From: Mobula hypostoma
Lineage: Eukaryota
Direction: 5' to 3'
DNA length: 64,000 bases
Assembly (NCBI RefSeq): GCF_963921235.1
Contig: NC_086108.1
Span: 79,238,001 to 79,302,000, forward strand
The notes under the pieces were generated by a model. That model was not told the origin of the DNA and ran no database searches. It saw only the letters and a program-made list of their open reading frames with translations. Every line of letters starts with the position of its first letter. Within the stretch, counting starts at the first letter, position 1. The translations under genes were made by a program, and so were the position numbers. Of the stretch, positions 63,664-64,000 are shown piece by piece.

Positions 63664-64000
63664 GAAACATAGAAACATAGAAAACCTACAGCACAATACA
63701 GGCCCCTCGGCCCACAAAGTTGTGCCGAACATGTCCCTAACTTAGAAATTACTAGGCTTACCTAAAGCCCTCTAAGCTCCATGTACCTATCCAAAAGTCT
63801 CTTAAAAGACCCTATCGTATCCGCCTCCACCATTGTTGCCGGCAGCCCATTCCACACACTCACCACTCTCTGAGCAAAAAACTTACCCCTGACATCTCCT
63901 CTGTACCTACTCCCTAGCACCTTAAACCTGTGTCCTTCGTAGCAACCATTTCAGCCCTGGGAAAAAGCCTCTGACTATCCACACAATCAATGCCCTCATC
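63664..64000 (-). mobile_element. CR1 LINE 3' end running off the window
   Basis: (catagaaa)n tail; closely similar to 11048-11380. Confidence 0.9.

Noticed and set aside
1..64000. CRISPR arrays, operons, rRNA or prokaryotic defence systems
   Set aside because: Vertebrate repeat-rich DNA; no repeat-spacer periodicity, and all RT ORFs are LINE or LTR type

Overview
Eukaryotic, repeat-dense vertebrate DNA. The repeat set (CR1/HER1-type LINEs, HE1/V-SINE- and Deu-domain-like SINEs, Rex1/Babar, Penelope-like elements) points to a cartilaginous fish, probably a ray; this is an inference. No complete host gene is recognisable, and most ORFs in the track are transposon fragments or noise. Supported content: many nested CR1 and Rex1/Babar LINE pieces (one Rex1/Babar copy nearly intact, 18070-20638); a full-length decayed hAT/Charlie transposon with TIRs and TSD (21312-23555); a two-LTR Gypsy element with PBS, PPT and 5-bp TSD (55905-60270); a mariner-derived fold-back MITE; and about ten Penelope-derived inserts, several with a minimal hammerhead-ribozyme motif. 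The most unusual item is a second Gypsy element (28434-30375, minus) whose RT/RNaseH/integrase region is replaced by an intronless, same-sense fragment of the splicing-factor gene RBM25. Repeat-poor stretches hold several minus-strand splice-signal/ATG cassettes, possibly the 5' exons of an unidentified large gene, plus a CTCF-like site and a C/D-box-like motif. Repeat boundaries are read by eye and approximate unless a TSD, TIR or LTR edge is cited.
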